Source of the DNA: a virus
Lineage: Duplodnaviria; Caudoviricetes
IMG/VR virus record: IMGVR_UViG_3300025103_003469
Coordinates: 1 to 39,209 of that record
DNA: 39,209 nt
Reading direction: 5' to 3' (one strand)
The notes beneath the pieces were generated by a model that saw only the letters and a program-made list of their open reading frames with translations, had not been told where the DNA came from and did no database searches. Every line of letters starts with the position of its first letter. Position 1 is the stretch's first letter. Positions 29,140-38,618 of this stretch are shown piece after piece. A program made the translations under genes and the position numbers.

Positions 29140-29652
29140 ATGTATATCATATATAAAACAACAAACAAAATCAATAACAAAATGTATATAGGGCAACATA
29201 AAAAAAATAATAGGAACTATCTTGGTAGTGGTAAGATATTAAAACAAGCAATTGTTAAATATGGAAGAGATAGTTTTATAACAGAAGAAATAGATGTCGC
29301 CGATAACAAAAAAGATATTGATAAGAAAGAGATTTATTGGATAGCAAAGTTAAAACCTGAATATAATATTGATGTTGGTGGAACAGGTGGAGATTTATTC
29401 ACTAATAATCCAAATAAAGAACAGATTAGAAAAAACTATAGTATGGCTCATAAAGGTAAAAAGATTACCGAAGAACATAAAGAAAAGATTAGACAATCTG
29501 TTAAAAAATATTGGGAAAAGAATAAAGGTAAAGATGTTAGAAAATCTTGGGGACATAAACACACGGAAGAAACCAAGAGAAAAATATCAGAAAAATCATC
29601 CATAGCTATGAAAGAGGTGTGGAGAAGGAGAAAAGAAAATAGTGAAAACTAA
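29140..29652 (+). mobile_element. Free-standing GIY-YIG homing endonuclease with NUMOD3-like repeats
   Basis: IIYKTTNKINNKMYIG, YLGSG, E..WI, YNI..GG, HTEETKRKIS. Confidence 0.88.
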
Positions 29653-30337
29653 GGTTTTAGACAAAGGTTTTATTGAGGTTGTAGATTCATTAGGAAATGA
29701 TTTAACAGTTGTCAATTCAGCCAGAGTATCATTCGGTAAGAGAAAGGAGAAGTTTGATAAGTCAGATGAAAGACTTGTCCGTTATCTTGCTAAATATAAA
29801 CATTTTAGTCCATTTAGACATCTACAAGTTCAGTTTCATATCAAGGCACCTGAGTTTGTAATGAGACAAGCATATAAGCATGTAGTTGGAATAGAGACAA
29901 CATCAAGTAGCTCTACCAAAGACCATGCTTGGAATGAGATATCAGGACGTTATGTTCCAGTTGAAGATTATTACATACCTGAAGTATTCAGAGCACAATC
30001 AGATGATAACAAACAAGCAAGTGAAGGTGAGGTTGAACTACAAGAAGAATGTTTGAGGACTTGGAATGATTCAATCGACCACGCCAAAATATTTTATGAT
30101 GGTTTGTTACGAAGGGGAGTTGCTAAAGAACAAGCACGTTGTATCTTACCACTATCTCAATACACCGAAGTATACTGGACGGCATCATTTCAAGCTATAG
30201 TAAACTTCATAGAGTTACGAGATGAAACAACATCACAATGGGAAATACAACAATATGCCAAAGTGTTGAAAGAATTAATGTTTGATGTATATCCAAAGAC
30301 TACTAAAATATGGAGTGAAGTCAATGAGTGGGTATAA
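29642..30337 (+). CDS. thyX: Flavin-dependent thymidylate synthase
   Basis: VVNSARVSF, HFSPF, NEISGRY, AKEQARCILP, QWEIQQYA; GTG start. Confidence 0.92.
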   Translation: MKTKVLDKGFIEVVDSLGNDLTVVNSARVSFGKRKEKFDKSDERLVRYLAKYKHFSPFRHLQVQFHIKAPEFVMRQAYKHVVGIETTSSSSTKDHAWNEISGRYVPVEDYYIPEVFRAQSDDNKQASEGEVELQEECLRTWNDSIDHAKIFYDGLLRRGVAKEQARCILPLSQYTEVYWTASFQAIVNFIELRDETTSQWEIQQYAKVLKELMFDVYPKTTKIWSEVNEWV

Positions 30338-30821
30338 GGATTGTATTATAGAAGTACCTGACTTTCCAATAGATGGTATAAACTTTAAAGACATATCGCC
30401 GTTACTTGCTCATCGAGAAATATTTAGGTCTGCAATTGCCGACATGGGTAGGTTAGTTAAGAATCCAGATTATTGGATTGGAATAGATGCTCGTGGATTT
30501 ATATTTGCATCAGCACTTTCAATGATGTATGGTGGTGGGATTGTAATGTGTAGAAAGGCCGGTAAGTTACCAAAACCTACTGCTAATTATTCATATCAAA
30601 CGGAATATAGTAGTGATGAATTGAGTATGCATTTTGGTAGTGGAACAGCAGTTATAGTAGATGATGTGTTAGCAACTGGTGGAACATTAAAGGCCTCTAA
30701 TTATTTGGCGAAAATAGCCGGATATGATGTTATAGATAATTTGGTGTTAATAGATTTAAAATATGTTCCAAGAGTAGAAGATTTTAATTTAGAAGTAAAA
30801 AGTCTTGTCCAGTATGAATAA
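30324..30821 (+). CDS. apt: Adenine phosphoribosyltransferase
   Basis: PDFPIDGINFKDISPLL, DARGF, RKAGKLP, VDDVLATGGT. Confidence 0.92.
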   Translation: MSGYKDCIIEVPDFPIDGINFKDISPLLAHREIFRSAIADMGRLVKNPDYWIGIDARGFIFASALSMMYGGGIVMCRKAGKLPKPTANYSYQTEYSSDELSMHFGSGTAVIVDDVLATGGTLKASNYLAKIAGYDVIDNLVLIDLKYVPRVEDFNLEVKSLVQYE

Positions 30822-31431
30822 AAAAGATGTATTAATTGTCTGTGCTCTTGAAATAGAAACACAAGAACAATTAAATGATTGGGAGCCGTTTTCTGATGAT
30901 CCTGTATGGAATGTATTATATACAGGAGTCGGTAAAGTTAATGCTACATATGAGTTAACTAAATATTTAAGTAGGTTATCAACATCAACACCAAAACTTA
31001 TAATCAATTACGGAACTGCTGGTTCACGAAAGATTAAAAAGAAAACATTAGTTGATTGTACTAAATTTGTTCAGAGAGATATGGATGTTACGGGTCTTGG
31101 ATTTATGAAAGGGCAAACACCATTCGAACCTGCTGTACCAATCATATTAGACTTCGACCATGTGGAATTTAATCCTATTGGTAGAAAGGCAAGTTGTGGT
31201 AGTGGTGATTCATTCGTGGAAGATAGAACAAACTATTATGGTGAAGTTGTAGATATGGAAGCATATGCATTAGCCAAAGTATGTTATCATTATGATGTAC
31301 CTTTTATATCATTCAAATATATTACTGATGGGGCTGATGAACAGGCTCACGAGGACTGGGAAAAGAATCTTTCTGATGGGATACAGAAATTTAAGAAGAA
31401 AGTGCTTGACAAATTGGATTATTTTTCGTAA
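30814..31431 (+). CDS. mtnN: MTA/SAH nucleosidase (Pfs/MtnN-like)
   Basis: TGVGKVNA, INYGTAG, SGDSF, VDMEAYA, KYITDGAD. Confidence 0.85.
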   Translation: MNKKDVLIVCALEIETQEQLNDWEPFSDDPVWNVLYTGVGKVNATYELTKYLSRLSTSTPKLIINYGTAGSRKIKKKTLVDCTKFVQRDMDVTGLGFMKGQTPFEPAVPIILDFDHVEFNPIGRKASCGSGDSFVEDRTNYYGEVVDMEAYALAKVCYHYDVPFISFKYITDGADEQAHEDWEKNLSDGIQKFKKKVLDKLDYFS

Positions 31432-31434
31432 GTT
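31406..31434 (+). promoter_or_regulatory. Sigma70-type promoter
   Basis: TTGACA-17 bp-TAAGTT. Confidence 0.6.
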
Positions 31435-31459
31435 ATAGAAATTAATTAAAGGGATAAAA

Positions 31460-31678
31460 ATGGAATTAATGAATTGGTTTATAAAACCATTTAATAAAGG
31501 TATGTTGTGGTTTGGTAGTAAATTTTTTGATACTACATTTTTTGGAATTAAGTTAGGTTGGATAGTGGCGTATGGTAGTATGATGTATTTGATGTTTACT
31601 CTAATAGATTTAATATATGAAAAGGGGTTTGACGAAGGAGTTAAATCCGTAACAATAGGAGTCAATGAAAATGGCTAA
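31460..31678 (+). CDS. Small membrane protein
   Basis: One hydrophobic helix; AGGGA upstream. Confidence 0.65.
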   Translation: MELMNWFIKPFNKGMLWFGSKFFDTTFFGIKLGWIVAYGSMMYLMFTLIDLIYEKGFDEGVKSVTIGVNENG

Positions 31679-31838
31679 AAAGAAAAAAGATATTCCATTT
31701 CATATCGCCCACAATTACAAACAATGGGCTTCAGATCAAGGTTATAAGTTTTGGGCAAGAGATGAAGAAGATGCTGAACTATATGTTCAGAGAGTTGGTG
31801 GCAATCTTGGTAAAATAAAAGAGGTAGTGGGTGAGTAA
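31671..31838 (+). CDS. Hypothetical protein (55 aa)
   Basis: Hand-translated MAKKKKDIPFHIAHNYKQWASDQGYKFWARDEEDAELY...; overlaps both neighbours. Confidence 0.65.
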   Translation: MAKKKKDIPFHIAHNYKQWASDQGYKFWARDEEDAELYVQRVGGNLGKIKEVVGE

Positions 31839-33438
31839 ACACTATTACGAAAAAAGTGGTATAATGGACTCTAAAGTTAATATTACTTATGATGAGTTAT
31901 TCCGTAAAACAGATGAAGAACTTGACGAGTGGATTGAAGAAGCTCGTCAGTATATAATAGAAGATTGGGATGAACGTGGAACACCGCCTATGGTTGGTCA
32001 ATCAATAGAACAGATAATTAGTTCATTTAAGAAACTAAGAGAATATGATATACACGGCTTTATTGAAAAGGCTGATGATGGCCAGAGAAATGTAATCAAG
32101 AACTTCAATAAATTTGCCAATGGAGTCAATCAGTTCTTCCCAACTATGTTAAAAACTCGTATTGGTGATATGGGTGATGTTGGACTTAATTCTATTTACG
32201 ATAGGATAAAGGAAGATATAAATAAACCTTTATTTTATAAAGCTATGAGAAGAGGACTTCGTAGAGATTCTATGTATAGTTTCAGTAAGTCTATTTCACT
32301 GGATAGGAAAGAAAACAAGAAAGGTAAATTACCTTATTGGAATGGTGAAACTGCAGTTGAGTGGTTAAAGTATTATCAAGAAAATAAATTAAAGTTTAAG
32401 AACCATAGGTTATGGATTGCTAAATCACATCAGGAGAAGTATCTTAAAACATATGTCACTATAACTGCCGATGAAATCAAACAGGCACATAAAGATGGAT
32501 TGATTACTGATGATATGATAACTAATCTATGGTGCCCTACTCGTAAATGTAAGTTATCTATCGATGACCTTACTGATACAGTTAGAACTAAAAGTGGTAA
32601 TGTAAAAACGAATGTCTTTATGATTAGATATTATCATATTGAAAAGAGATTATTCCCATCAGCATTCCAGATATTCAGATTGAGTTTAAACTCACAACCA
32701 GCAGTTAATTTTCCACCACTTACGGCAAGACTTCTGTATGAGAAATTTACAAATCATATAGAACAAGATGAACCACTAAATATTTACGATCCTTCAAGTG
32801 GTTGGGGTGGTAGGATATTGGGTGCTATGGCTTCCAAAAAGAATATCCATTATATTGGTACTGATCCCAATACTGATAACTTTATACCAGAACTTAACAA
32901 GACAAGATACGAGTACGTGGCTGAGTTTTTTAATGAACACGGCTTGGAAACAAATCCATTTTGGGAAGAGAAGAAAAATACATATCATGTTTTTCAAGAA
33001 GGTTCAGAGTATATTGGAAACCATCCAGATTTTCAACAATACAAAGGTAAGTTGGATATGGTGTTTACATCACCACCTTACTTTGATAGAGAACAATATA
33101 GTGATGACGATGAGCAATCATTTAAGGCCTATCCAATGTATAATGATTGGAGAGATAACTTTTTAAAACCAACATTAACAAATGCTTACAATAGTTTGAA
33201 AAGTAATAGATATTTGTTATGGAATATTGCTTCAATAAAGATAGGTCCAGATAAGTTTCATCCGTTAGAAGAAGATAGTGTTGAGATAGTAAAATCACTT
33301 GGTGGTGAATATCAAGGTAAGTTAAAGATGTTAATGGCATCAATGATTGGAGTTGACCAGTCAAATGTTAAAAATAGTGTTGTAGTTGATGGGGTTACAC
33401 TAAAATATGAACCAATATTTATTTTTTATAAGGGTTAA
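31831..33438 (+). CDS. DNA amino-methyltransferase-like protein (N4-C/N6-A) with long N-terminal region
   Basis: YDPSSGWGGR SAM-binding motif followed by FTSPPYF catalytic motif. Confidence 0.8.
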   Translation: MSKHYYEKSGIMDSKVNITYDELFRKTDEELDEWIEEARQYIIEDWDERGTPPMVGQSIEQIISSFKKLREYDIHGFIEKADDGQRNVIKNFNKFANGVNQFFPTMLKTRIGDMGDVGLNSIYDRIKEDINKPLFYKAMRRGLRRDSMYSFSKSISLDRKENKKGKLPYWNGETAVEWLKYYQENKLKFKNHRLWIAKSHQEKYLKTYVTITADEIKQAHKDGLITDDMITNLWCPTRKCKLSIDDLTDTVRTKSGNVKTNVFMIRYYHIEKRLFPSAFQIFRLSLNSQPAVNFPPLTARLLYEKFTNHIEQDEPLNIYDPSSGWGGRILGAMASKKNIHYIGTDPNTDNFIPELNKTRYEYVAEFFNEHGLETNPFWEEKKNTYHVFQEGSEYIGNHPDFQQYKGKLDMVFTSPPYFDREQYSDDDEQSFKAYPMYNDWRDNFLKPTLTNAYNSLKSNRYLLWNIASIKIGPDKFHPLEEDSVEIVKSLGGEYQGKLKMLMASMIGVDQSNVKNSVVVDGVTLKYEPIFIFYKG

Positions 33439-33440
33439 TA

Positions 33441-33644
33441 ATGAGTGATGAACAAAAGTGGATTGAAGACAGAGAGTCAAGAAGAAAAGTAAAAGTAGGA
33501 GATTGGGTTAATATTAGTAAAGTAGGAATAGGGGGGCTTTATAAAGTAATTGAGATTATTGATGAGCTCTATTTATGTGAGCAAGATGATGGCGGTTACA
33601 AACACAAAATAAAAGTTACAGAAAACCAAATAATAAAATTATGA
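33441..33644 (+). CDS. Small beta-rich hypothetical protein
   Basis: VKVGDWV (KOW/SH3-like). Confidence 0.6.
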   Translation: MSDEQKWIEDRESRRKVKVGDWVNISKVGIGGLYKVIEIIDELYLCEQDDGGYKHKIKVTENQIIKL

Positions 33645-34327
33645 ATGAAATATTTCATGAAGATTGTTTAGATACTTTAACTAAACGGGATATAAAATAT
33701 GATTATGTTTGTTTTTCACCGCCTGATTATGACGAGTTAAATCTAACTCCAATAAAAGATGACAATGAATATTTAGATTGGCAAAAAGAAATATATAGTA
33801 AACTTAATCCTACCAATAATGTAGTTACGATAGTCACGAGCCTAAGAAGATTTAAAGCCCGAACTATACCTAAAGATTATCATGTATATGAAATAATGAA
33901 AGATTTAGGATATAGTTTGATTACAAAGAAAGTATGGATTAAACCAAAAATAGACATCAACTTAGGTGAGAGAAATAATTTATATCGATATGATAATGCC
34001 ATGGTACAGAGTTTTGGTAGAGGTAAGATTAAATCAAGAGGCACTAAAAGATATAGAGCCGATAATTGGACAGAAGATTATAAGACAGAAGTGTTTGATG
34101 GTATAAGATACACTTATCATTTTCCAGAAACGATGATAAGTAGGTGTATTGTTAATTTTACTGATAGAGGTGATACGGTTTATGATCCTTTTATTGGTAT
34201 AGGAACTACTGCTATAGCCAGTTATACTTTGGGTAGAAATTACTATGGTTCTGAAATAGATGAAAAGATTTACAATATAGCACATAAAAGAACAGAAAAT
34301 TTAAAGAATATTGCAAAAAAGACTTGA
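33641..34327 (+). CDS. Beta-class DNA amino-methyltransferase-like protein
   Basis: EDCLD, FSPPDY near the N-terminus; FPE...GDTVYDPFIGIGTT...GSEID near the C-terminus. Confidence 0.8.
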   Translation: MNEIFHEDCLDTLTKRDIKYDYVCFSPPDYDELNLTPIKDDNEYLDWQKEIYSKLNPTNNVVTIVTSLRRFKARTIPKDYHVYEIMKDLGYSLITKKVWIKPKIDINLGERNNLYRYDNAMVQSFGRGKIKSRGTKRYRADNWTEDYKTEVFDGIRYTYHFPETMISRCIVNFTDRGDTVYDPFIGIGTTAIASYTLGRNYYGSEIDEKIYNIAHKRTENLKNIAKKT

Positions 34328-34352
34328 CATATTGATAAATTATATGTAAATT
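34324..34352 (+). promoter_or_regulatory. Sigma70-type promoter
   Basis: TTGACA-17 bp-TAAATT. Confidence 0.7.
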
Positions 34353-34448
34353 ATTATAATTCGTTGGAATATTTAATTAATAAAACAAGTGACAATTTAA
34401 AGTCACAAAAAGTTCCGACATTAACACAAAAAACAATAGGAGTCAGAA

Positions 34449-36374
34449 ATGACCAAAATCGCAGAGGAGTTTCACGATTACTCCCTAGAAGACGAAATCG
34501 TGGATTTTATAAACCCTTACGACCAAATACGTGGTAGTAAGAATGCCAGTGAACGTCACAAATGGCAAGTGGAAAAGTTGACTAACTTGGTCAACTCTTA
34601 TCCCGAACTCAGAGAGGCTTATCAAGATGGTGATGTAAGATTTTGTTATTATCATACCAACACTAAAAAGACAAAACCTTATTTCAGATTTGAAATCGCT
34701 CATAGTAGAATTACTGCGTGGTATAAGTCTGGTTTTTTGAGGAAACCCGATGACCAACGCGGTACAGAAACTCAATACAAACTATCTACACCAAGAGGAC
34801 ACTATTGGTTAAAACAACACTTTGATAAATTAAGTGGTGAAGAGGTCAATCCCTATGTGTTCAGTACATCATCACATTGGGAAGATGTTTATAAAACAAA
34901 TGGTGGACACCGTGTTATTTATGGTGTTGATTTTGATAATCCACATGATACAACAGGTAAACACAAAATCAAATTCCCATTTAAATATGAGATTCTTGAT
35001 GTGTTAAAGAACGAAATGATTGAATATGATTTTGGTCCTGATGATGATGGGAAACTAAGAGTTTCTAATCTTAGAGACATAATACGAATGGTAGGAAATA
35101 GGAATTGGAAAGAGTTTAATAGTGGATATCATCCTGTAGATTGGCATCATTTTGATGATGGACTTGAAAAAACAGCTCGTGTTAACCACTCCGAAGTGTT
35201 TGGACATTCCAACACTAACCTAGCACAAATACAGATAATACACTCTTATTATACTGATTTCAACCTTTGGGCTAGACCTTTGTCATCTTGGGTTGGGGCT
35301 CGTGATTCCACTTTATTGCCATCACTTGTAAAGGTTTTTGGTAACGGATTGGATAGAAACCATGCTAATTGTGTACCAGGTGTATATAAAACTAAAAGTG
35401 TTACTGAACAATTGTACAATAAGAATATTCCTTATCAAGTTTTTCAACAATCTTTTATGATTTTTGTTCAAGGATATGTCGATCATTCTTTGAATCAAGT
35501 TGATTTATTCAATAAGAGTTATAAAACTGATAAAGACATTCAAGTAAAGTTCATAGAACATTTTGATCACACCTGTGAGGTTTTTTTACAACTAAGGGCA
35601 AAAAATGCTAAGGGTTGGGACCCAAAGAGGTTAACACAACTCTTTACACTTTTGTTGTTAACCAAAGATCATACACACAATCCAAAGTCACAAAAGTTTG
35701 TCAGTATTACTGAGGACAAAGACTTGGTTGAGTGGTTGGATAAATCACAGAAATTATTGATAAATGAATCTAATAAGAGTGGTGGTGGTTACGATACCTT
35801 TATTGGTGCTCGTAGGAGTTTCACCTCAACTCATTATCTACAAAGGTTTTTAAATATGTGGGTACAAAGGTTGATACACCTTGATGTGTTTCTTTTATTA
35901 GATCCTAATCGTAATATCAAATCTAGTGATAAAGCTTTGGCTTCTAATACAAGTTGGTTAACTGGTAAAGAAATCGAATCCGATGATCAAAGAGAGTTTC
36001 ATCACGCTTATAGGGGTTGGATACAAGGTGGAGTCTCTAGTGTGGGGAACTGTCAACCTATTGAAAAAACCTATAACCGAGAGATTAGTGATAGAAATAC
36101 AGTACAGTATATTGAAGATAAAATCAAGACTAATCCTGAGATGTTCACTAGTGAGAAACTAAGGTTTTGGAACAACGGTGGTATGGAAATACTAGTCAGA
36201 GATAGTGATGACTCTAGGTTTAGTTATTACGAATCAGTTGATTGGTATGAAAACTCTAAGATACATTTTTATAGTGATCATTATGTCAAAGGTTCAAAAT
36301 TAATGAGAGTTAAGAATGGAGCTAAGAAGATAAATTACTATCAAATGATCGATTGGATTGATGACAAACAATAA
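34449..36374 (+). CDS. Putative DUF262/ParB-like plus HNH protein (GmrSD-like architecture)
   Basis: KPDDQR and NGGHR resemble the DUF262 PxYQR and DGQQR motifs; EFHH...GGVSSVGNCQPIEKTYNREIS is HNH-like; AGGAG RBS. Confidence 0.55.
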   Translation: MTKIAEEFHDYSLEDEIVDFINPYDQIRGSKNASERHKWQVEKLTNLVNSYPELREAYQDGDVRFCYYHTNTKKTKPYFRFEIAHSRITAWYKSGFLRKPDDQRGTETQYKLSTPRGHYWLKQHFDKLSGEEVNPYVFSTSSHWEDVYKTNGGHRVIYGVDFDNPHDTTGKHKIKFPFKYEILDVLKNEMIEYDFGPDDDGKLRVSNLRDIIRMVGNRNWKEFNSGYHPVDWHHFDDGLEKTARVNHSEVFGHSNTNLAQIQIIHSYYTDFNLWARPLSSWVGARDSTLLPSLVKVFGNGLDRNHANCVPGVYKTKSVTEQLYNKNIPYQVFQQSFMIFVQGYVDHSLNQVDLFNKSYKTDKDIQVKFIEHFDHTCEVFLQLRAKNAKGWDPKRLTQLFTLLLLTKDHTHNPKSQKFVSITEDKDLVEWLDKSQKLLINESNKSGGGYDTFIGARRSFTSTHYLQRFLNMWVQRLIHLDVFLLLDPNRNIKSSDKALASNTSWLTGKEIESDDQREFHHAYRGWIQGGVSSVGNCQPIEKTYNREISDRNTVQYIEDKIKTNPEMFTSEKLRFWNNGGMEILVRDSDDSRFSYYESVDWYENSKIHFYSDHYVKGSKLMRVKNGAKKINYYQMIDWIDDKQ

Positions 36375-36387
36375 CATACTCGAAGGG

Positions 36388-36419
36388 AAAGGGGCGCCAA
36401 TCGACTAGGCGCTCCTTTT
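36388..36419 (+). terminator. Intrinsic terminator
   Basis: AAAGGGGCGCC / 9-nt loop / GGCGCTCCTTT stem ending in a short T tract. Confidence 0.7.
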
Positions 36420-36422
36420 CAC

Positions 36423-36451
36423 TTGATATTTAGATTAACAATGATTAAATT
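36423..36451 (+). promoter_or_regulatory. Sigma70-type promoter
   Basis: TTGATA-17 bp-TAAATT right after the terminator. Confidence 0.6.
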
Positions 36452-36471
36452 AAGTTATATACGGAGATGAA

Positions 36472-37215
36472 ATGAAAGAACTAACACCAGAACAAATCCA
36501 AGAGAATTGGAATAAACTCATACAGATAATCAACGACAACTTCTCTGGCGAAAGGCTGGAGAAGTTACTTGAGATGTATGACTACTTTGAAGAACGAATG
36601 TGTATGGCACCAGCTAGTGGTAAGGAACACTTCCACAATGCTCATGCCGGTGGATACGTGGAACACGTTTTACATATCACCGATTTAGCACAGCAGATAT
36701 ATGAACTTTGGGATAGAAATGGAGCTATAGTTGATAACTTTACCAAAGAGGAATTGATATTCTCTGCTCTACATCATGACTTGGGTAAGGTTGGTGATTT
36801 AGCCGAGGACTACTACACACCAAATGATTCAGATTGGCATAGAAAGAATCAAGGTCTGATATACAAACATAATGGCAATCTACAATTCATGACCGTTACG
36901 GATAGAGCTTGTTGGATACTACAACACTTTGGAGTCGTCATGACAGAAAATGAATATCTTGGTTTAAGATTGACAGATGGTATGTACGAAGAAGCTAATA
37001 AAAGTTATTATGTTGCTTATCAAAAAGAAAGACAACTTAAATCTAATATTGCCTACATATTACATCAGGCTGATATGATGGCCAGTAAGATTGAAAATGA
37101 CTTTTGGAAACGTGGTGATTATGCTATCAAAGAAGTAAAGAAAGAAGAAGTCAAAGTTAAAACAGAACAATCAAATGCTGCTAATCAGGCATTTAAAGAG
37201 TTATTTGGGGAGTAA
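36472..37215 (+). CDS. HD-domain phosphohydrolase (YhaM/TraI_2-like)
   Basis: APAS...HNA..GGYVEH, LHHDLGK, LHQADM. Confidence 0.85.
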   Translation: MKELTPEQIQENWNKLIQIINDNFSGERLEKLLEMYDYFEERMCMAPASGKEHFHNAHAGGYVEHVLHITDLAQQIYELWDRNGAIVDNFTKEELIFSALHHDLGKVGDLAEDYYTPNDSDWHRKNQGLIYKHNGNLQFMTVTDRACWILQHFGVVMTENEYLGLRLTDGMYEEANKSYYVAYQKERQLKSNIAYILHQADMMASKIENDFWKRGDYAIKEVKKEEVKVKTEQSNAANQAFKELFGE

Positions 37216-38442
37216 ATGTACTTAGAATATTTCGATAAATTCAAAAACCAAGAACCATATCTTCACATTGACGAGAAAGAATGGTCATACATCAAAGAGA
37301 CATTCGAGAAAGATGATGTAAAGGAAAGTCTGGCAAAAGTCGCCATGACTTATCCACAACCTACAATGGAAATATCAGAAAATGATTGTAGGAAAGACTT
37401 TAACAAGTTAAAAGGAACTTGGGTTTATGATATATTAAAAGAAGGAGAATGGTTCGGTAGGTCTGAAGAAGGTTACGAGTGGCCTTTGGAATATCAAGGA
37501 AAACAATGGTATTTTGCTAGAAACAATACTGGTAATAAATCATCTAACTATTTCCAACAAGAAAACAGGTGGTCAGTAGATGGTTCAGTAAGTCCTGGTC
37601 CAAAACGAACTTGGGAGAGCGAAAAGTTTATGACATCATTGATGGGGTCGGCTTATAGTTTGAAAGTACCAAAGATAGATAGGTCTACATTAAGAACTAT
37701 GATTGGACTTAGAAAGTATATCTGTAGTCAGTTCAAACCTAATGTAGCAAAAGCTCTTTATGATTTATTCAAGGCGAAGAATGTGATGGATTTCTCGATG
37801 GGGTGGGGCGATAGACTTGCTGGTTTTTTTGCTAATATGAATACTGAATTATATGTTGGGTTAGATCCAAGGAAAGAAAACCATCCTATTTATAAAGAAC
37901 AGGCTGATTACTATAAGTCATTACTTACAATGTTCGAGACACCAAAGAAAGTTGATTTCTATTGTGAGGCAGCTGAAGATTTTTATTATGAAGACTATGA
38001 TGATACCTTTGATATCATCTTTACATCACCACCTTATTTTAATGTAGAAAGATATAGCCACGATGACACTCAAAGTTGGGTTAGATATAAAGATATCGAT
38101 AGTTGGAATAGTAGTTTTCTACATAAAGCCCTTGATAATATGTTACCGACTCTAAAATCAGGCGGTAAGTTATGTGTTAATATATCAGATGTCTACGGAA
38201 ATGCTAAGTGGTCAACTGAAAGGGGCTGGTCAAAGATTTGTGATCCTATGAATGAGTATCTTGATGAATACAGAGATATGGAATATAGGGGTTGTATAGG
38301 AATGGAAATGGCTAAACGACCAAATAGTGGTGGAGCTGGAACTGCTAAGTCAAAAGAGTATAGTGAAGAATCACTACAACTTGCTAAAGAAACCAAAGAT
38401 AAAAGGTTCTGTGAGCCGATATGGGTATGGGAGAAGAAATGA
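37216..38442 (+). CDS. DNA amino-methyltransferase-like protein
   Basis: SQFKPNVAK, DFSMGWGDRL, FTSPPYF, terminal EPIWVW. Confidence 0.82.
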   Translation: MYLEYFDKFKNQEPYLHIDEKEWSYIKETFEKDDVKESLAKVAMTYPQPTMEISENDCRKDFNKLKGTWVYDILKEGEWFGRSEEGYEWPLEYQGKQWYFARNNTGNKSSNYFQQENRWSVDGSVSPGPKRTWESEKFMTSLMGSAYSLKVPKIDRSTLRTMIGLRKYICSQFKPNVAKALYDLFKAKNVMDFSMGWGDRLAGFFANMNTELYVGLDPRKENHPIYKEQADYYKSLLTMFETPKKVDFYCEAAEDFYYEDYDDTFDIIFTSPPYFNVERYSHDDTQSWVRYKDIDSWNSSFLHKALDNMLPTLKSGGKLCVNISDVYGNAKWSTERGWSKICDPMNEYLDEYRDMEYRGCIGMEMAKRPNSGGAGTAKSKEYSEESLQLAKETKDKRFCEPIWVWEKK

Positions 38443-38618
38443 TAAAAAAAGAAAAACTAAACAAGATTCAGATACCAATATATTATTACGAAGATGATGA
38501 TGGTAATAAAGTATATGACTATGAAAGTATGGCAGAAGAATTTGAGAATGAGTTAAGTAAGATAGTGGGAGTAACTGTAATGTGTTCGGTATCCGAAGAT
38601 ATTGTTTATGACGATTAA
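38421..38618 (+). CDS. Small acidic hypothetical protein (start probably ATG 38439)
   Basis: GGAG RBS and ATGA overlap at 38439. Confidence 0.65.
   Translation: MGMGEEMIKKEKLNKIQIPIYYYEDDDGNKVYDYESMAEEFENELSKIVGVTVMCSVSEDIVYDD

Noticed and set aside
29140-30337. Group I intron in thyX carrying the GIY-YIG gene
   Set aside because: thyX is an intact ORF downstream of the endonuclease, and there is no room for an intron core.
23135-37215. 2-aminoadenine (Z-genome) pathway suggested by MazG plus an HD protein
   Set aside because: No PurZ in the window, the two genes are 13 kb apart, and the HD protein looks YhaM/TraI_2-like rather than DatZ-like.
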